DNA of 64,000 nucleotides, from IMG/VR virus record IMGVR_UViG_3300035701_009377, positions 11,408 through 75,407 of that record; one strand, 5' to 3'. This stretch comes from a virus. Each line of letters begins with the position of its first letter. Position 1 is the stretch's first letter. The translations under genes and the position numbers were made by a program. Below the pieces are notes generated by a model. It was not told the origin of the DNA and did no database searches. It saw only the letters and a program-made list of their open reading frames with translations. Shown in pieces: positions 8,769 through 17,840 of the stretch.

Positions 8769-9886
8769 TCGGCGTCCCTCCGCCGCCAGAAGCGGGCCTC
8801 TTTCGGGATACCGTCATCGCTGAGTTCGCGGTATTTGAACGTGACCGTCTGACCCTTCTTGAACAGCTTGCCTTCGACCCAGTACGGCGCGTCCTGGCCG
8901 GGGTTGTTGACGGCCCAGTCGCGGGCCATCGGATCGGAGAACGCGCGCTCGGCATCGGTGAGGCCGGATAGTTCCAGCCGCCTGCCCCTGTAATCCACGA
9001 TCAACGCGCCGATCTTGCCGAGGAGTCGACTACCCTTGTTCGTCTCCCGGCCGCTGGTAAAGCCCGCAACGCGGCCCTCGGCATCGAGGAAGGGCTTGTA
9101 CTTGAGGATGCCGCTGTGCCGCTTCGGTGTCCAAACGGCGCTGGGATTGCGAATCACCACGCCCTCGCCGCCCTGGTCGAGCACCCGCTGGAGGAAGATT
9201 TCCACCTGCGCGGCGGCCCCATCGGGGAAGTCAACTAGCTTCTCCTGCCGGTGCAGGCAGCATGGCGCATCTGGGTCGCACTTGCTCAGGACGACTCGCA
9301 TGAACTCCAACTCGTCTGCGAAAGCCGCACCCGGCGGCAGACAGCGGTAGCCACCGGGCCGCCTGTGGCTGCCGTCGAGGACTTTCAGTCGGCAACGGAC
9401 CCAATCCTCGACGGAAGTGAAGTCGATAGCGGCAACCATGTTGGCATTCTTGATCTGGCCGGTGGCGAAGATCGCGCTCAGTGGTGGAGAGGAATAGACG
9501 GCGAAGACAATCTTGTTGAATCGCAGGTCAGGCTCATCGCCGCCGCAAATCGAGCGGCAGAGTTGGAAGTTGCCGCGCCCCGCCCATAGCTCGCCATCCA
9601 GCGGACACGCCGGCAGTTTGTTCAGCCACCAGTCCGGGGCCATGATGGGGTTCCCGTAACGACTCCATAGGCCCGTCGCCACGGGCTTGATCTTGGATTT
9701 CTTCTGGCCGGTCTTCGGGTCGATGATCGACGCCCAGGGAACTTGCTCGGTGGGCAGCCCACGGGTGATTCCGCCGTCCCAGAAGCACCTCGTCCCGTCC
9801 AGCTTTTCCGATATGAACCAACCCGCGACATTATGTTTGTGCGGATCGTAGTGATCGGCCAGTTGCAGAAACTCGCGTTTTGCCAT
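8765..9886 (-). CDS. ATP-dependent DNA ligase
   Basis: SEKLDGTR (motif I), LDGEL, GEGVVIR, LKYKP, C-terminal OB fold TFKY...GIP. Confidence 0.92.
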   Translation of the reverse strand: MAKREFLQLADHYDPHKHNVAGWFISEKLDGTRCFWDGGITRGLPTEQVPWASIIDPKTGQKKSKIKPVATGLWSRYGNPIMAPDWWLNKLPACPLDGELWAGRGNFQLCRSICGGDEPDLRFNKIVFAVYSSPPLSAIFATGQIKNANMVAAIDFTSVEDWVRCRLKVLDGSHRRPGGYRCLPPGAAFADELEFMRVVLSKCDPDAPCCLHRQEKLVDFPDGAAAQVEIFLQRVLDQGGEGVVIRNPSAVWTPKRHSGILKYKPFLDAEGRVAGFTSGRETNKGSRLLGKIGALIVDYRGRRLELSGLTDAERAFSDPMARDWAVNNPGQDAPYWVEGKLFKKGQTVTFKYRELSDDGIPKEARFWRRRDAE

Positions 9887-10053
9887 CAGTGTGCCTGTGC
9901 CGGGAGCAAGGATCGGAGCAGCAGTTCCACGTCAGTGGCCCGCCGGGTATACAGCCGCCGCTCGATGGTGATGGGCCGGCTGTAGACCACCAAGCCCGGC
10001 CAGAACGCGGCCCGCTCCACCCACTCGGCCGGAATGAAATCGACGGTATACAT
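9886..10053 (-). CDS. Small hypothetical protein (MYTVDFIPAEW..., 55 aa)
   Basis: Read by hand; TGA overlaps the ligase ATG. Confidence 0.5.
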   Translation of the reverse strand: MYTVDFIPAEWVERAAFWPGLVVYSRPITIERRLYTRRATDVELLLRSLLPAQAH

Positions 10054-10096
10054 GGCTTTGACTTGGGGACAATAGTGAAGCTCTCTATCAGTTAAA

Positions 10097-10672
10097 TCAC
10101 CGTCGCTGTTGAGTCGGAACGGTGCTGTGCAATCTTTCTTTGAGGTAGACCAGCGGCTTTCGTCCCCAGGCCGAGTTCCAAGGCCGCGGCACCAGTATGC
10201 CCACCCCGCCGTGGGCCTCGAATTGGCGGATGTTCTCTTCGTTGTCGTCGATTAGCACCGCGCCCGGCTGGGCCAGAAAGTGTTTGCGCGGCGTGAGGAC
10301 GTACTGGCGGTGCATCCAGGCCGGGAAGTGGCGATGAATCCACTCCAATTTGCCGGCCACGCAGTCGGGGTCTTTTGTCGGGGCAGTGGCGATGCAGACG
10401 TTTTCCCGGCCCACGAGACGTGCGGCCTCCTCCAACAGCCAGGGGAAGACCTCGGACTCGGGCACCGTGGCCCACACCTCGCGGCCGATGAAGTTCCAGA
10501 AATCCGGCACTGTGTATTGCCGGCCGCCGAGCCAATTGGTGGCAGCCACGATGTCGTAGCCGACAGGCGGATAATCAGCGTAGTCCGTGGCGCTCACCTT
10601 GCAGCCAAGTTGGTGCAGGGCATACATGGTGAACGTGTTGCACACATCATCCTGATCCAGGAAGATTCTCAT
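10097..10672 (-). CDS. 5'(3')-deoxyribonucleotidase (NT5C, HAD family)
   Basis: Start MRIFLDQDDV (DxD motif I), K.EWI..HFP, VLIDD; ATGA overlap. Confidence 0.85.
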   Translation of the reverse strand: MRIFLDQDDVCNTFTMYALHQLGCKVSATDYADYPPVGYDIVAATNWLGGRQYTVPDFWNFIGREVWATVPESEVFPWLLEEAARLVGRENVCIATAPTKDPDCVAGKLEWIHRHFPAWMHRQYVLTPRKHFLAQPGAVLIDDNEENIRQFEAHGGVGILVPRPWNSAWGRKPLVYLKERLHSTVPTQQRR

Positions 10673-11346
10673 GCCTGTTCTTGGCGGCAGCGCAGGCCAC
10701 GCTTTTGGCAGTAATCTGCTTCGATACGGTTCACGATGTTTCCGATCTGCGACTTCTTGTATGGCACCTGAGCGGTGATTTGCCGGTATGTGCAGCCTGA
10801 TTCGGATAGCCGCAGGATTTTCCGTTCGGTGTCGTCCTTGCAACAAGAGCGGAGCAGGTCGCGGGCCTGAACCTTTTGTGCCTGCGGAGCTATCGGCAGG
10901 CGGCAGTGGTCAGGCATTGTGTTCACTACGGAGGGCACCTCGATCTCTTCTCCCTTTGCCTTGGCTCGTTGACGGTCCCCGTGTGACACTTGAATTGGCG
11001 ATTCATCTTCCAGCAGATGTCCGACAGCGGCATTGATGGAGACGCCGATATAACCGTTTGCGTTGGTGCGAACCTTGCCTTCGGCGATCTTATTGACAGC
11101 CTGGACCAGCGCAAGAAAGCCAGCGCTGGTCAGATCGTCGCGGAGATACGCTAGATGGGGAAACTGGGCCAGAAAACTGTCGACTTTGGCAACGACTAGC
11201 GGCATGTTGCCCTCAATCATCTGCCGGCGGGCATCAGCGTCACCGGCGACGACAAGCGGATAGAGCCGCTCGTTTTCCTCGACGGAGGACGGTTCGCCGA
11301 GGCGGGCCATGTCGGCAGTCAAATCGCTGTTGTATTGGCTACTCAC
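10669..11346 (-). CDS. Phage-encoded sigma-70 family (group 3-like) sigma factor
   Basis: GTG start with GGAG; GDADARRQMIEGNMPLVV (regions 1.2/2.1), DDLTSAGFLALVQAV (2.2), C-terminal HTH ERKILRL...TYRQI. Confidence 0.8.
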   Translation of the reverse strand: MSSQYNSDLTADMARLGEPSSVEENERLYPLVVAGDADARRQMIEGNMPLVVAKVDSFLAQFPHLAYLRDDLTSAGFLALVQAVNKIAEGKVRTNANGYIGVSINAAVGHLLEDESPIQVSHGDRQRAKAKGEEIEVPSVVNTMPDHCRLPIAPQAQKVQARDLLRSCCKDDTERKILRLSESGCTYRQITAQVPYKKSQIGNIVNRIEADYCQKRGLRCRQEQA

Positions 11347-11836
11347 AGGTGCGTTCTCCGATGGGGTCGATGCGCCAGGCACAGAAGGGAGCGAAGCTGC
11401 GGGCTTCGCAGGCAGCAGGCGAGTAGTCGTACTCGCCCGCGTCCGGGTCGTAGATGCGGCCGTGGTCGTAGGCGACCGCGTGAAATGAGCGCCGACTGAC
11501 TCCTTCGATGACGCCTCGGCTGCCGTTGATCGCGCGCGCAAAGCGCCGCCAGCCGGCATCATCGGTGACGACTTCGCGCGGCTCGTACCTGGGGCCGGGA
11601 GAAAGGATCGGGCATAGTTCGACCGGCGTAACCGCCAGGCCGTGCCGTAGGCACACGTCAACCAATTCCTGAACGTGGAAGCCGGCTCGGCATAGCGGCT
11701 CAGGCAACACGTGGTTGACGATCTTGCCGCCGTCGTGGCCGATCTCTGCCAGGATGGTGGCGACCGGCATGTCCAGCGCGATGGCGAAGGATGTCGGCAG
11801 ACACATCCAGCGCTCGGGTTTGCGTTGTAGGCGCAT
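11339..11836 (-). CDS. Papain-fold (C39-like) cysteine peptidase
   Basis: Q...WMCLPTSFAIAL, HAVAYD...IYDP catalytic pattern. Confidence 0.65.
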   Translation of the reverse strand: MRLQRKPERWMCLPTSFAIALDMPVATILAEIGHDGGKIVNHVLPEPLCRAGFHVQELVDVCLRHGLAVTPVELCPILSPGPRYEPREVVTDDAGWRRFARAINGSRGVIEGVSRRSFHAVAYDHGRIYDPDAGEYDYSPAACEARSFAPFCAWRIDPIGERTCE

Positions 11837-11881
11837 AGCGTCAGGCAGTTGGCGAAAGGCAACAGTTTCGGGAGCTGCGCG

Positions 11882-12283
11882 TCAGGCCGATATGCCTTCG
11901 CGGACTAGCTCGGCTAACATGGCGTCGATGTCAGGAACCTGACCCCAAGACGCCTTCCAGTAGTCGCGCCAGTTGGGCGACTTGAACAGCTTGTCGTAGT
12001 TCTCCTGGTCGGCACCCGTGAGAATCCAGATGCCGACGCCGGCCGCCTCCCACAGCGGCCACTTGAGTCGCTGGGCCTTGGTGAACGTGTAGTTCTTGGT
12101 CTGCTTGCAGTCGATCCACCGCTGGCCCCACCTCGGGTGCGAGACGAAAAGGTCGGGGAAGCCGGTCTGAAAGAGGCTTCCGTGGGTGTGCTCGACCAGC
12201 CAGCCCCGCACCCGCAAGTACCGGATCAGGGCTTGCTGGATGTGCCATTCCGGGCCGTGTTTCGGGTGGCAGATGCGTCCCAC
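11882..12283 (-). CDS. VRR-NUC / Holliday-junction resolvase-like nuclease
   Basis: E..IQ..LIRYL, GFPDL, WIDCK, T.AQ; GTG overlaps the polymerase stop. Confidence 0.85.
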   Translation of the reverse strand: MGRICHPKHGPEWHIQQALIRYLRVRGWLVEHTHGSLFQTGFPDLFVSHPRWGQRWIDCKQTKNYTFTKAQRLKWPLWEAAGVGIWILTGADQENYDKLFKSPNWRDYWKASWGQVPDIDAMLAELVREGISA

Positions 12284-14754
12284 TACATCATCTCCGGCGC
12301 TATGATCTTGATGGTGCCGCTTTTCTTCTCGGCCCAATTCGCCATTTCCACATTCCAATTCATCCCGATCAGCGGCACCTTGGGCCGGTAGGACTCGACC
12401 ACCTCGCGGACAATCGGGGTGACGCGGGAAACCATATCCGCGCGGGTGACACACATGATCTCGTCATGGATGTTAATGGGCGCGATGTGCCAGTCGTTCA
12501 CCCCGGCCGGCTGCAAGTCCCAAATCCTTCGTTGCAGGTGCTTTGTAATCTCTGCCCCGACGCTCTGGATTTCATGGTTCGCCGCCGCCCGCATGTTGGC
12601 CCCCTGCATCGAGAAGGCGGCACCATAAAGAGCCGACGAAACGGCACCGCCGGCAGTCTGCACTCGATCGCGGCGGACGACCTTGACCTTGCAGTCCTTC
12701 CAGTGCTTGGGCGGCTTGCAGGCGAGATCGAAAATGGCGCGGGCGATGCGGTTTTCCAGCGTGAAGTAGCGACGGAAGCCCAGCATCGTCTCGGCGTAGT
12801 CGGCGGGCTCTTTCCACATCACCTTCGTGCCGATCCCGCCGGGCTGAGTCATGGAGCAGAAAGAGTCGGCGACCCGCTTCCGCCATTTCTTGACGCCCGT
12901 AAACCGTTTACCGAAGGTTTCAATAGCCTCCTTGGCGACCCCCTCACTGACGCCCAGGCGCTTGACCAGGGTAGTGTGATCGCCGCCGTAGAGCATCGTG
13001 CCGAAAAACCCCTGCTTGCCCTTTGTGTACATATCGTTGGTCGTGCTGCCATCGCTGGCCTTGACCTCCTCGTAGGTCGAGCCAGGGAACAGCGCCATGC
13101 CGAACAGGGCATGAATCTTCCGGCCGGCGATCAACTCGGCGCGCAGAGCCTCGTCGTTGCACACGGCGTCGGCGATCGTCACCTCGAAGGAACTGAAGTC
13201 GCCGCCGCACAGCAGATACCCGTTCCAAGCGAGGGGGAACATCTGCCGGACCTCCTTGGTGTGCTTGATGCCCTGGGCGTTGAGGCCATCCGCCCCGGCC
13301 ATGCGGGACGAAAGCGCGCCAATCACGACAAACGAGGCGTGAAACTTTCCGGCCGAGATGAGCTTGTCGTAAAGCTCCATTTCCTTGGCCGCGAACTTCA
13401 CCGCGAGGATTTCCCTGGCGCGTATGCCGGCTGGGTGCTGGCCGGCCTGCAAGACGCCCGTGCCGCCGCAGCGGGGGCATTGAGGATCGCCGCCCTCGCA
13501 CCTGCCGCACGGCTCCGGCTCGCCGACGTAGCACAGACCTTTGCACTGCGGGCACATGTCCGCTTCCTTGCCCAGGTGGCCTTTCCCCTTGCACTGGGGG
13601 CACAGCTCGCCGACGCCCCACTTGCTGATCGCTTCCAGGTTGGCCTTGTTTGTGGAGGCTTGGAGAAAGACATCCTCGGTGGCGTTCATCACGGCCGTGA
13701 CATACTTGCGGACCTCGCCCGGCTTGTTGATGTTCACCGGGCTGGCCGCTACCACGGCCTGGGCCTTGGCCCGCAGTCGCTCGATCCCTTGTCGGTTGAT
13801 CGTGAATCCGTGCCAGCGGACGGCCGCCACCATACAGGCCAGAATGGAGTCGTTGTCGCCCGGCGGCGGACAGCCGAAGTGCTTGTCGAGCGCCCGCGTA
13901 TAAACGATGTCGTCGTTGGCGTACTCCCGCGCGTCGGCGCGGGTGGACCAGTGTTCGATGTGCTGGCGGATCACGCCCGGCCAGGCGTAGCGCACCACCT
14001 TCTTGTTGTCTTCGCTGGTGTCGATGGCCCAGCCCCGTTCAGGACTGGATACGTGCAGGGCCGTGGGGGCGTAGCCCAGTTCATACGGCCGCCAAGCGGC
14101 CGGCGGCTCAACGTCCTTGAAGTGGAACTTGGGCGTCAGTTTCAGGGCGTGCTCGGCCAGGAATTTGAGGCCGCCGGCCGGATTGAACTTCAACACGACA
14201 TCCTTGAAGTCGGGGTCGATGTCGTCGAAGCGGTCCTTGCGGTCGAACACTTGCCACTTGGGGGCCTCCGGATCGGCGGATTTGGCGAAGTAGATGCTGT
14301 CCAGTTGGATGCGGCCTTCCAGTTCGCGGGCCAGGGCGTAAGCCAGGGCCGTGGGCACCCGCTTGATGCGGATGTCTTCGCGGGCCATGAGCGCCTGGTA
14401 AGGCCCTTTGCGGCTGTGGAGCATCAAGTCCAGGGCGGACGCCGGCTTGACGCACGGGCCGTCCTGCCCCTTCGGTTCCAGCATCGCTATCTCGGCGATG
14501 TGCTCTTCGGGAATCCAATCCGGGTCGCAGAGCTGGAAGACGGTGTAGATTTTGCAGACGTGGAACCAATCGAAGGACAGGTTGAAGCCCACGATGGCGT
14601 GGCCGCAAAGCCATTTGATGAGCGCTAGAGTCTCCCGGATCGGCCGCCGCCATACCTCGTGGAGGACGATGGGGCCGTCTTCTTCGGCGTACTGCAACAG
14701 CACCATCGTGCTGTGCAGTCCGCACGTCTCGGTGTCGAGATAAACTTTGCTCAT
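12283..14754 (-). CDS. polA: Family A DNA polymerase with 3'-5' exonuclease and a Zn-finger insertion
   Basis: LDTET, GFNLSFD, YANDD exonuclease motifs; DFSSFE (A), K...FG...YG (B), HDE (C). Confidence 0.92.
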   Translation of the reverse strand: MSKVYLDTETCGLHSTMVLLQYAEEDGPIVLHEVWRRPIRETLALIKWLCGHAIVGFNLSFDWFHVCKIYTVFQLCDPDWIPEEHIAEIAMLEPKGQDGPCVKPASALDLMLHSRKGPYQALMAREDIRIKRVPTALAYALARELEGRIQLDSIYFAKSADPEAPKWQVFDRKDRFDDIDPDFKDVVLKFNPAGGLKFLAEHALKLTPKFHFKDVEPPAAWRPYELGYAPTALHVSSPERGWAIDTSEDNKKVVRYAWPGVIRQHIEHWSTRADAREYANDDIVYTRALDKHFGCPPPGDNDSILACMVAAVRWHGFTINRQGIERLRAKAQAVVAASPVNINKPGEVRKYVTAVMNATEDVFLQASTNKANLEAISKWGVGELCPQCKGKGHLGKEADMCPQCKGLCYVGEPEPCGRCEGGDPQCPRCGGTGVLQAGQHPAGIRAREILAVKFAAKEMELYDKLISAGKFHASFVVIGALSSRMAGADGLNAQGIKHTKEVRQMFPLAWNGYLLCGGDFSSFEVTIADAVCNDEALRAELIAGRKIHALFGMALFPGSTYEEVKASDGSTTNDMYTKGKQGFFGTMLYGGDHTTLVKRLGVSEGVAKEAIETFGKRFTGVKKWRKRVADSFCSMTQPGGIGTKVMWKEPADYAETMLGFRRYFTLENRIARAIFDLACKPPKHWKDCKVKVVRRDRVQTAGGAVSSALYGAAFSMQGANMRAAANHEIQSVGAEITKHLQRRIWDLQPAGVNDWHIAPINIHDEIMCVTRADMVSRVTPIVREVVESYRPKVPLIGMNWNVEMANWAEKKSGTIKIIAPEMM

Positions 14755-14757
14755 TTT

Positions 14758-15072
14758 TCAGAACACGTCGTAATGCCAACCCTTGCCGACAACCCGCGCC
14801 GATGCGACAGGACCGGAAGTGTAGACGCCATTGCGGAACCTGATTCGCATGGCCAACCCCTTGCCGATCCAACCGTTCCGGCCGCCGCTCGGCCCGATGC
14901 TGGAAAGGAGTTGTCCTACCGTGGTCTGATGCAGAGCAGGGTCCGTGGAACTGATTTCCGCCAGGCCCAATGCCGGAGTCATCACCTTTAGCTCGTAGAG
15001 GCGAGTGTCCGTTTCCAGCAGGACGCTGTTGCCCGGCGCGAGCCGCCGCAGGTCGATTCCAGTCTCAGCCAT
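14758..15072 (-). CDS. Hypothetical beta-rich protein
   Basis: Coupled ORF in the operon; start MAETG. Confidence 0.6.
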   Translation of the reverse strand: MAETGIDLRRLAPGNSVLLETDTRLYELKVMTPALGLAEISSTDPALHQTTVGQLLSSIGPSGGRNGWIGKGLAMRIRFRNGVYTSGPVASARVVGKGWHYDVF

Positions 15073-15865
15073 CAGTGCGTCCTTCCCGCTCGATGTCGGC
15101 AATCAGTTCCTCGTCGTTCACGTCGCCGGCGCACCAAGCCGCGACCCGTGGAGCCAAGCCGGCTATGCCCGCGTCGAACATGCGGGCGATCATCCTGGAA
15201 ATCTGGGCCTTTGTCCGCCGATGCTGGAAGCGGCCTTTACACGCCCTGCTCAATCCGGGCAGGAACTTCCCCTTGCCCCGCTCGCGGGCCTCGGTAATCT
15301 CGCGGGCAATCCTGATCTGATCGTCCGGCCCTTCTTCTCCGGCGATCCGATCCAGGTTGACCGCCGAGAGCAGGCCGGCGGCAGCCTTCTGTTGCACTTC
15401 CTCCGGCATTTCCAAGAGCCGCAACCGGACATGGACCCAGCGGGTCGGCTGCTTCAACTCCTGGGCGGCGTGCCGCAGGCTGGCGCCGTTGGGATAGAGG
15501 TTTCCGATCGCGCGGGCCTCTTCCAGGACATTGAGGCTCTTGCGTTGCAGGTTCTCCACGAAGTTCAACATGCGGGCTTCGTGGTCGCTCAGGCCCTCAC
15601 AGACGTAGGCCGGTATCTCGGTCCATTTCAGAAATACGGTCACAGCCTTGAAGCGGCGGTGCCCCACGATCAAACGATATTGGAAACCGCCCTCGGTCCA
15701 CGGCTGTACCGCGACTGGGCAGATCAGCCGGCCCGCTTCGGCGATGCTGTCGGCCAGTTCCTTGACGGATTGCAGCGTGAACTCGCCCCGGCAGTTGAAG
15801 TCGGCATCGTAGTAGATGGCCGCCACCGGGACCGAATACGCTTGGTATTTTTCCAGCGGCTTCAT
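15065..15865 (-). CDS. ParB/Srx-domain protein with HTH
   Basis: LADSI...LICPV, LIVGHRRFKA, ENLQRKSLN..EEA; start MKPLEK. Confidence 0.88.
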   Translation of the reverse strand: MKPLEKYQAYSVPVAAIYYDADFNCRGEFTLQSVKELADSIAEAGRLICPVAVQPWTEGGFQYRLIVGHRRFKAVTVFLKWTEIPAYVCEGLSDHEARMLNFVENLQRKSLNVLEEARAIGNLYPNGASLRHAAQELKQPTRWVHVRLRLLEMPEEVQQKAAAGLLSAVNLDRIAGEEGPDDQIRIAREITEARERGKGKFLPGLSRACKGRFQHRRTKAQISRMIARMFDAGIAGLAPRVAAWCAGDVNDEELIADIEREGRTDG

Positions 15866-16662
15866 CGCAAAAGGTGCTCGAAAGGAACGGCTTGCTTGCC
15901 GGGCAGCCACTCCCACAGGCTTGTCTGCCCGTTTTCGTCGATTCGAACGAAGGTGTCGTTCGTCCTGGCCCAGGTGCCCGTGTTGAAGTGGTAATCGCCG
16001 ATGCGGCCCGGCTCGTGGGTGTGGCCGTACACTACCACCTCCGCCCCGGCCTCTTTGCGCCACGCCTCCACGCCGTCGATCATTTCGTCCAGGCGGCCGT
16101 GCTGGAACGTCAGCTTCCGCCAGAGGGTCAAGGCGCTTTCCAGTGTGCCGACGAACTGGTCCTCCACGGCATGATGGTGTCCGTCGAACGGTCCCCGGTT
16201 GCGATCTTCCAGCAACCCGGAAATGATTGCCGTAATCTCCCCGCTGCCTGGGTTCAGATCGCGGCAGTAGGGGTCGGACTCATGGCCGTGAAGGAAGGCG
16301 AACCGCCGGCCGCCGATGGTCGCCTCGAAAGCCTTGGACATGGCAGGCAACTCAAGCCCGCGCAGTCCGACCGCGCTGCCCAGAAAGTCGGTCAGGGCAT
16401 TGTCGTGGTTGCCGACGACCCACAAGGCCCCAAGCGGCCCCAGGTGTGTCAGGCGGGCTAACAAGTCCTGATAGGCGCGTATCGACTTGCTCAGATTGGC
16501 CTGCCACCAGTCGAATAAGTCGCCCAGGATGTAGAGTTGACCACCCTCGGCCTCCACGAAGTCCAGGAACTCGTGGAAGCGGGCCTCGCGGCCTTGCACC
16601 GCGAAGTTGTCGCGGTAGCCACGGTCGCACAGGTGCAGGTCGCTTACGCAGAAGATGGGCAT
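15862..16662 (-). CDS. Calcineurin-like metallophosphoesterase (LpxH/YbbF-like)
   Basis: SDLH, GDLFDW, GNHD, HGH, GHTH. Confidence 0.85.
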   Translation of the reverse strand: MPIFCVSDLHLCDRGYRDNFAVQGREARFHEFLDFVEAEGGQLYILGDLFDWWQANLSKSIRAYQDLLARLTHLGPLGALWVVGNHDNALTDFLGSAVGLRGLELPAMSKAFEATIGGRRFAFLHGHESDPYCRDLNPGSGEITAIISGLLEDRNRGPFDGHHHAVEDQFVGTLESALTLWRKLTFQHGRLDEMIDGVEAWRKEAGAEVVVYGHTHEPGRIGDYHFNTGTWARTNDTFVRIDENGQTSLWEWLPGKQAVPFEHLLR

Positions 16663-16772
16663 TGCTTTCTCCGTGAATGAGGCTGTGGCGGCTGGGCTCG
16701 AACTAGCGACGCACGGCTCTTCGTCCCATTCCTCGGGATGCTCGACAGGCCGGGCGTGGATCGGAACGTGAA

Positions 16773-17048
16773 TCATCGTTGGTGCTTCTCCAAGTAGTGT
16801 TCGATGAGCCGATCCATGCCGGCCTCCACGCTGGGCGACAGCCCGTAGATCAGCGTGGGGCGGGCCTCGCCGTAGCCGAGCAAGAGCGTGTAAACGTAGT
16901 GCCTGCCGTCCCGACGATCCGTGACCGTCACGCGGCGGTAGTCGCCGCTCGTCACCCGCTCTTGTCCATCCATCGGGCCATCGACGAAGATGGCGCGAAA
17001 CGGGCGTGTTTCCTTACAGGTGCGGCTCGTTTGTGAAGTCGAAGACAA
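16773..17048 (-). CDS. Hypothetical protein
   Basis: FVDGPMDG motif common in small phage proteins; start uncertain. Confidence 0.5.
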   Translation of the reverse strand: MSSTSQTSRTCKETRPFRAIFVDGPMDGQERVTSGDYRRVTVTDRRDGRHYVYTLLLGYGEARPTLIYGLSPSVEAGMDRLIEHYLEKHQR

Positions 17049-17145
17049 GCGTGTCGCCTTTGGTGAGGGTCAAGTCCTCGGGAACAACGACTCGGGCCAC
17101 CATGCCGCCTGCGGGTCTTTGCCCCACGACGTAATAGGTCTGCAT
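17014..17145 (-). CDS. Small hypothetical protein (MQTYYVVG...)
   Basis: Short ORF in operon orientation. Confidence 0.35.
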   Translation of the reverse strand: MQTYYVVGQRPAGGMVARVVVPEDLTLTKGDTLVFDFTNEPHL

Positions 17146-17189
17146 CGCTTTCGGGGACTGGCCCCGGCTGATGCGAAAGATGTCCAGTC

Positions 17190-17417
17190 TCAGTCTTTCG
17201 GGCACGACTTCATCTCCTGCAAGCGCTCGATCAAGCCGTCTGCGTCGAAGCGAAGTTCGTCGCCCGTCGCCAGCACGATGCAGCCGGGTGGAAAGACCAC
17301 GCGGCAGGTGCCGTCGTCGCACCGCTGGACCATTTTGTCGGTGACGGCCAGCCGCTCGACGCACTCGCCGTCGCGCCAGTGCTCGATCGTCCAGCGTCCA
17401 GGTCGGTGAGGCATCAC
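17190..17417 (-). CDS. Hypothetical protein
   Basis: Start overlaps the upstream stop. Confidence 0.5.
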   Translation of the reverse strand: MMPHRPGRWTIEHWRDGECVERLAVTDKMVQRCDDGTCRVVFPPGCIVLATGDELRFDADGLIERLQEMKSCPKD

Positions 17418-17548
17418 TTCTTCCGTTTCTTCGGCTTCGCGCGCGCGGGGAGCTTCTTGCCCTTTGGCGTGTGACCCTCAAACTCCTTTGCCAACTTGGG
17501 ATTGGTCGCCCAGAGGTAGCGCCGCTGGGCCTGACTTTGCATAGGCAT
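17414..17548 (-). CDS. Small basic phage protein (MPMQSQAQRRYLWATNPKLAKEFEGHTPKGKKLP...)
   Basis: 44 aa, below the ORF-track cutoff; GGAG RBS; resembles the MP.KS.AQRR family of small phage proteins. Confidence 0.75.
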   Translation of the reverse strand: MPMQSQAQRRYLWATNPKLAKEFEGHTPKGKKLPARAKPKKRKK

Positions 17549-17557
17549 TGCGGACTC

Positions 17558-17839
17558 CTACATGAGCAGGTGAATCACCCAGCCGACGCCGAGGGCGAAC
17601 AACGGGGCGACGAACACGTCGGCCACCGTCTGTTCCTCTTTCTTGTGGTTGAGCAGAAAGTTGAGAAACACGGTTAGACCGATGGCCGGGGCCACGCCCA
17701 AGGCGGGCACTCCGAATACCGGAGCGATCAGCCAGCCCCACAGAATCGAGAGGCAGAGGCCGCGCACGAGGACGGCCACGATACAAAGCAAAAGCACGCC
17801 CACGGTGGCGAACCCCAACAGAGCAACCAATTTCTTCAC
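17558..17839 (-). CDS. Membrane protein
   Basis: About 3 hydrophobic segments. Confidence 0.65.
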   Translation of the reverse strand: MKKLVALLGFATVGVLLLCIVAVLVRGLCLSILWGWLIAPVFGVPALGVAPAIGLTVFLNFLLNHKKEEQTVADVFVAPLFALGVGWVIHLLM

Positions 17840-17840
17840 G

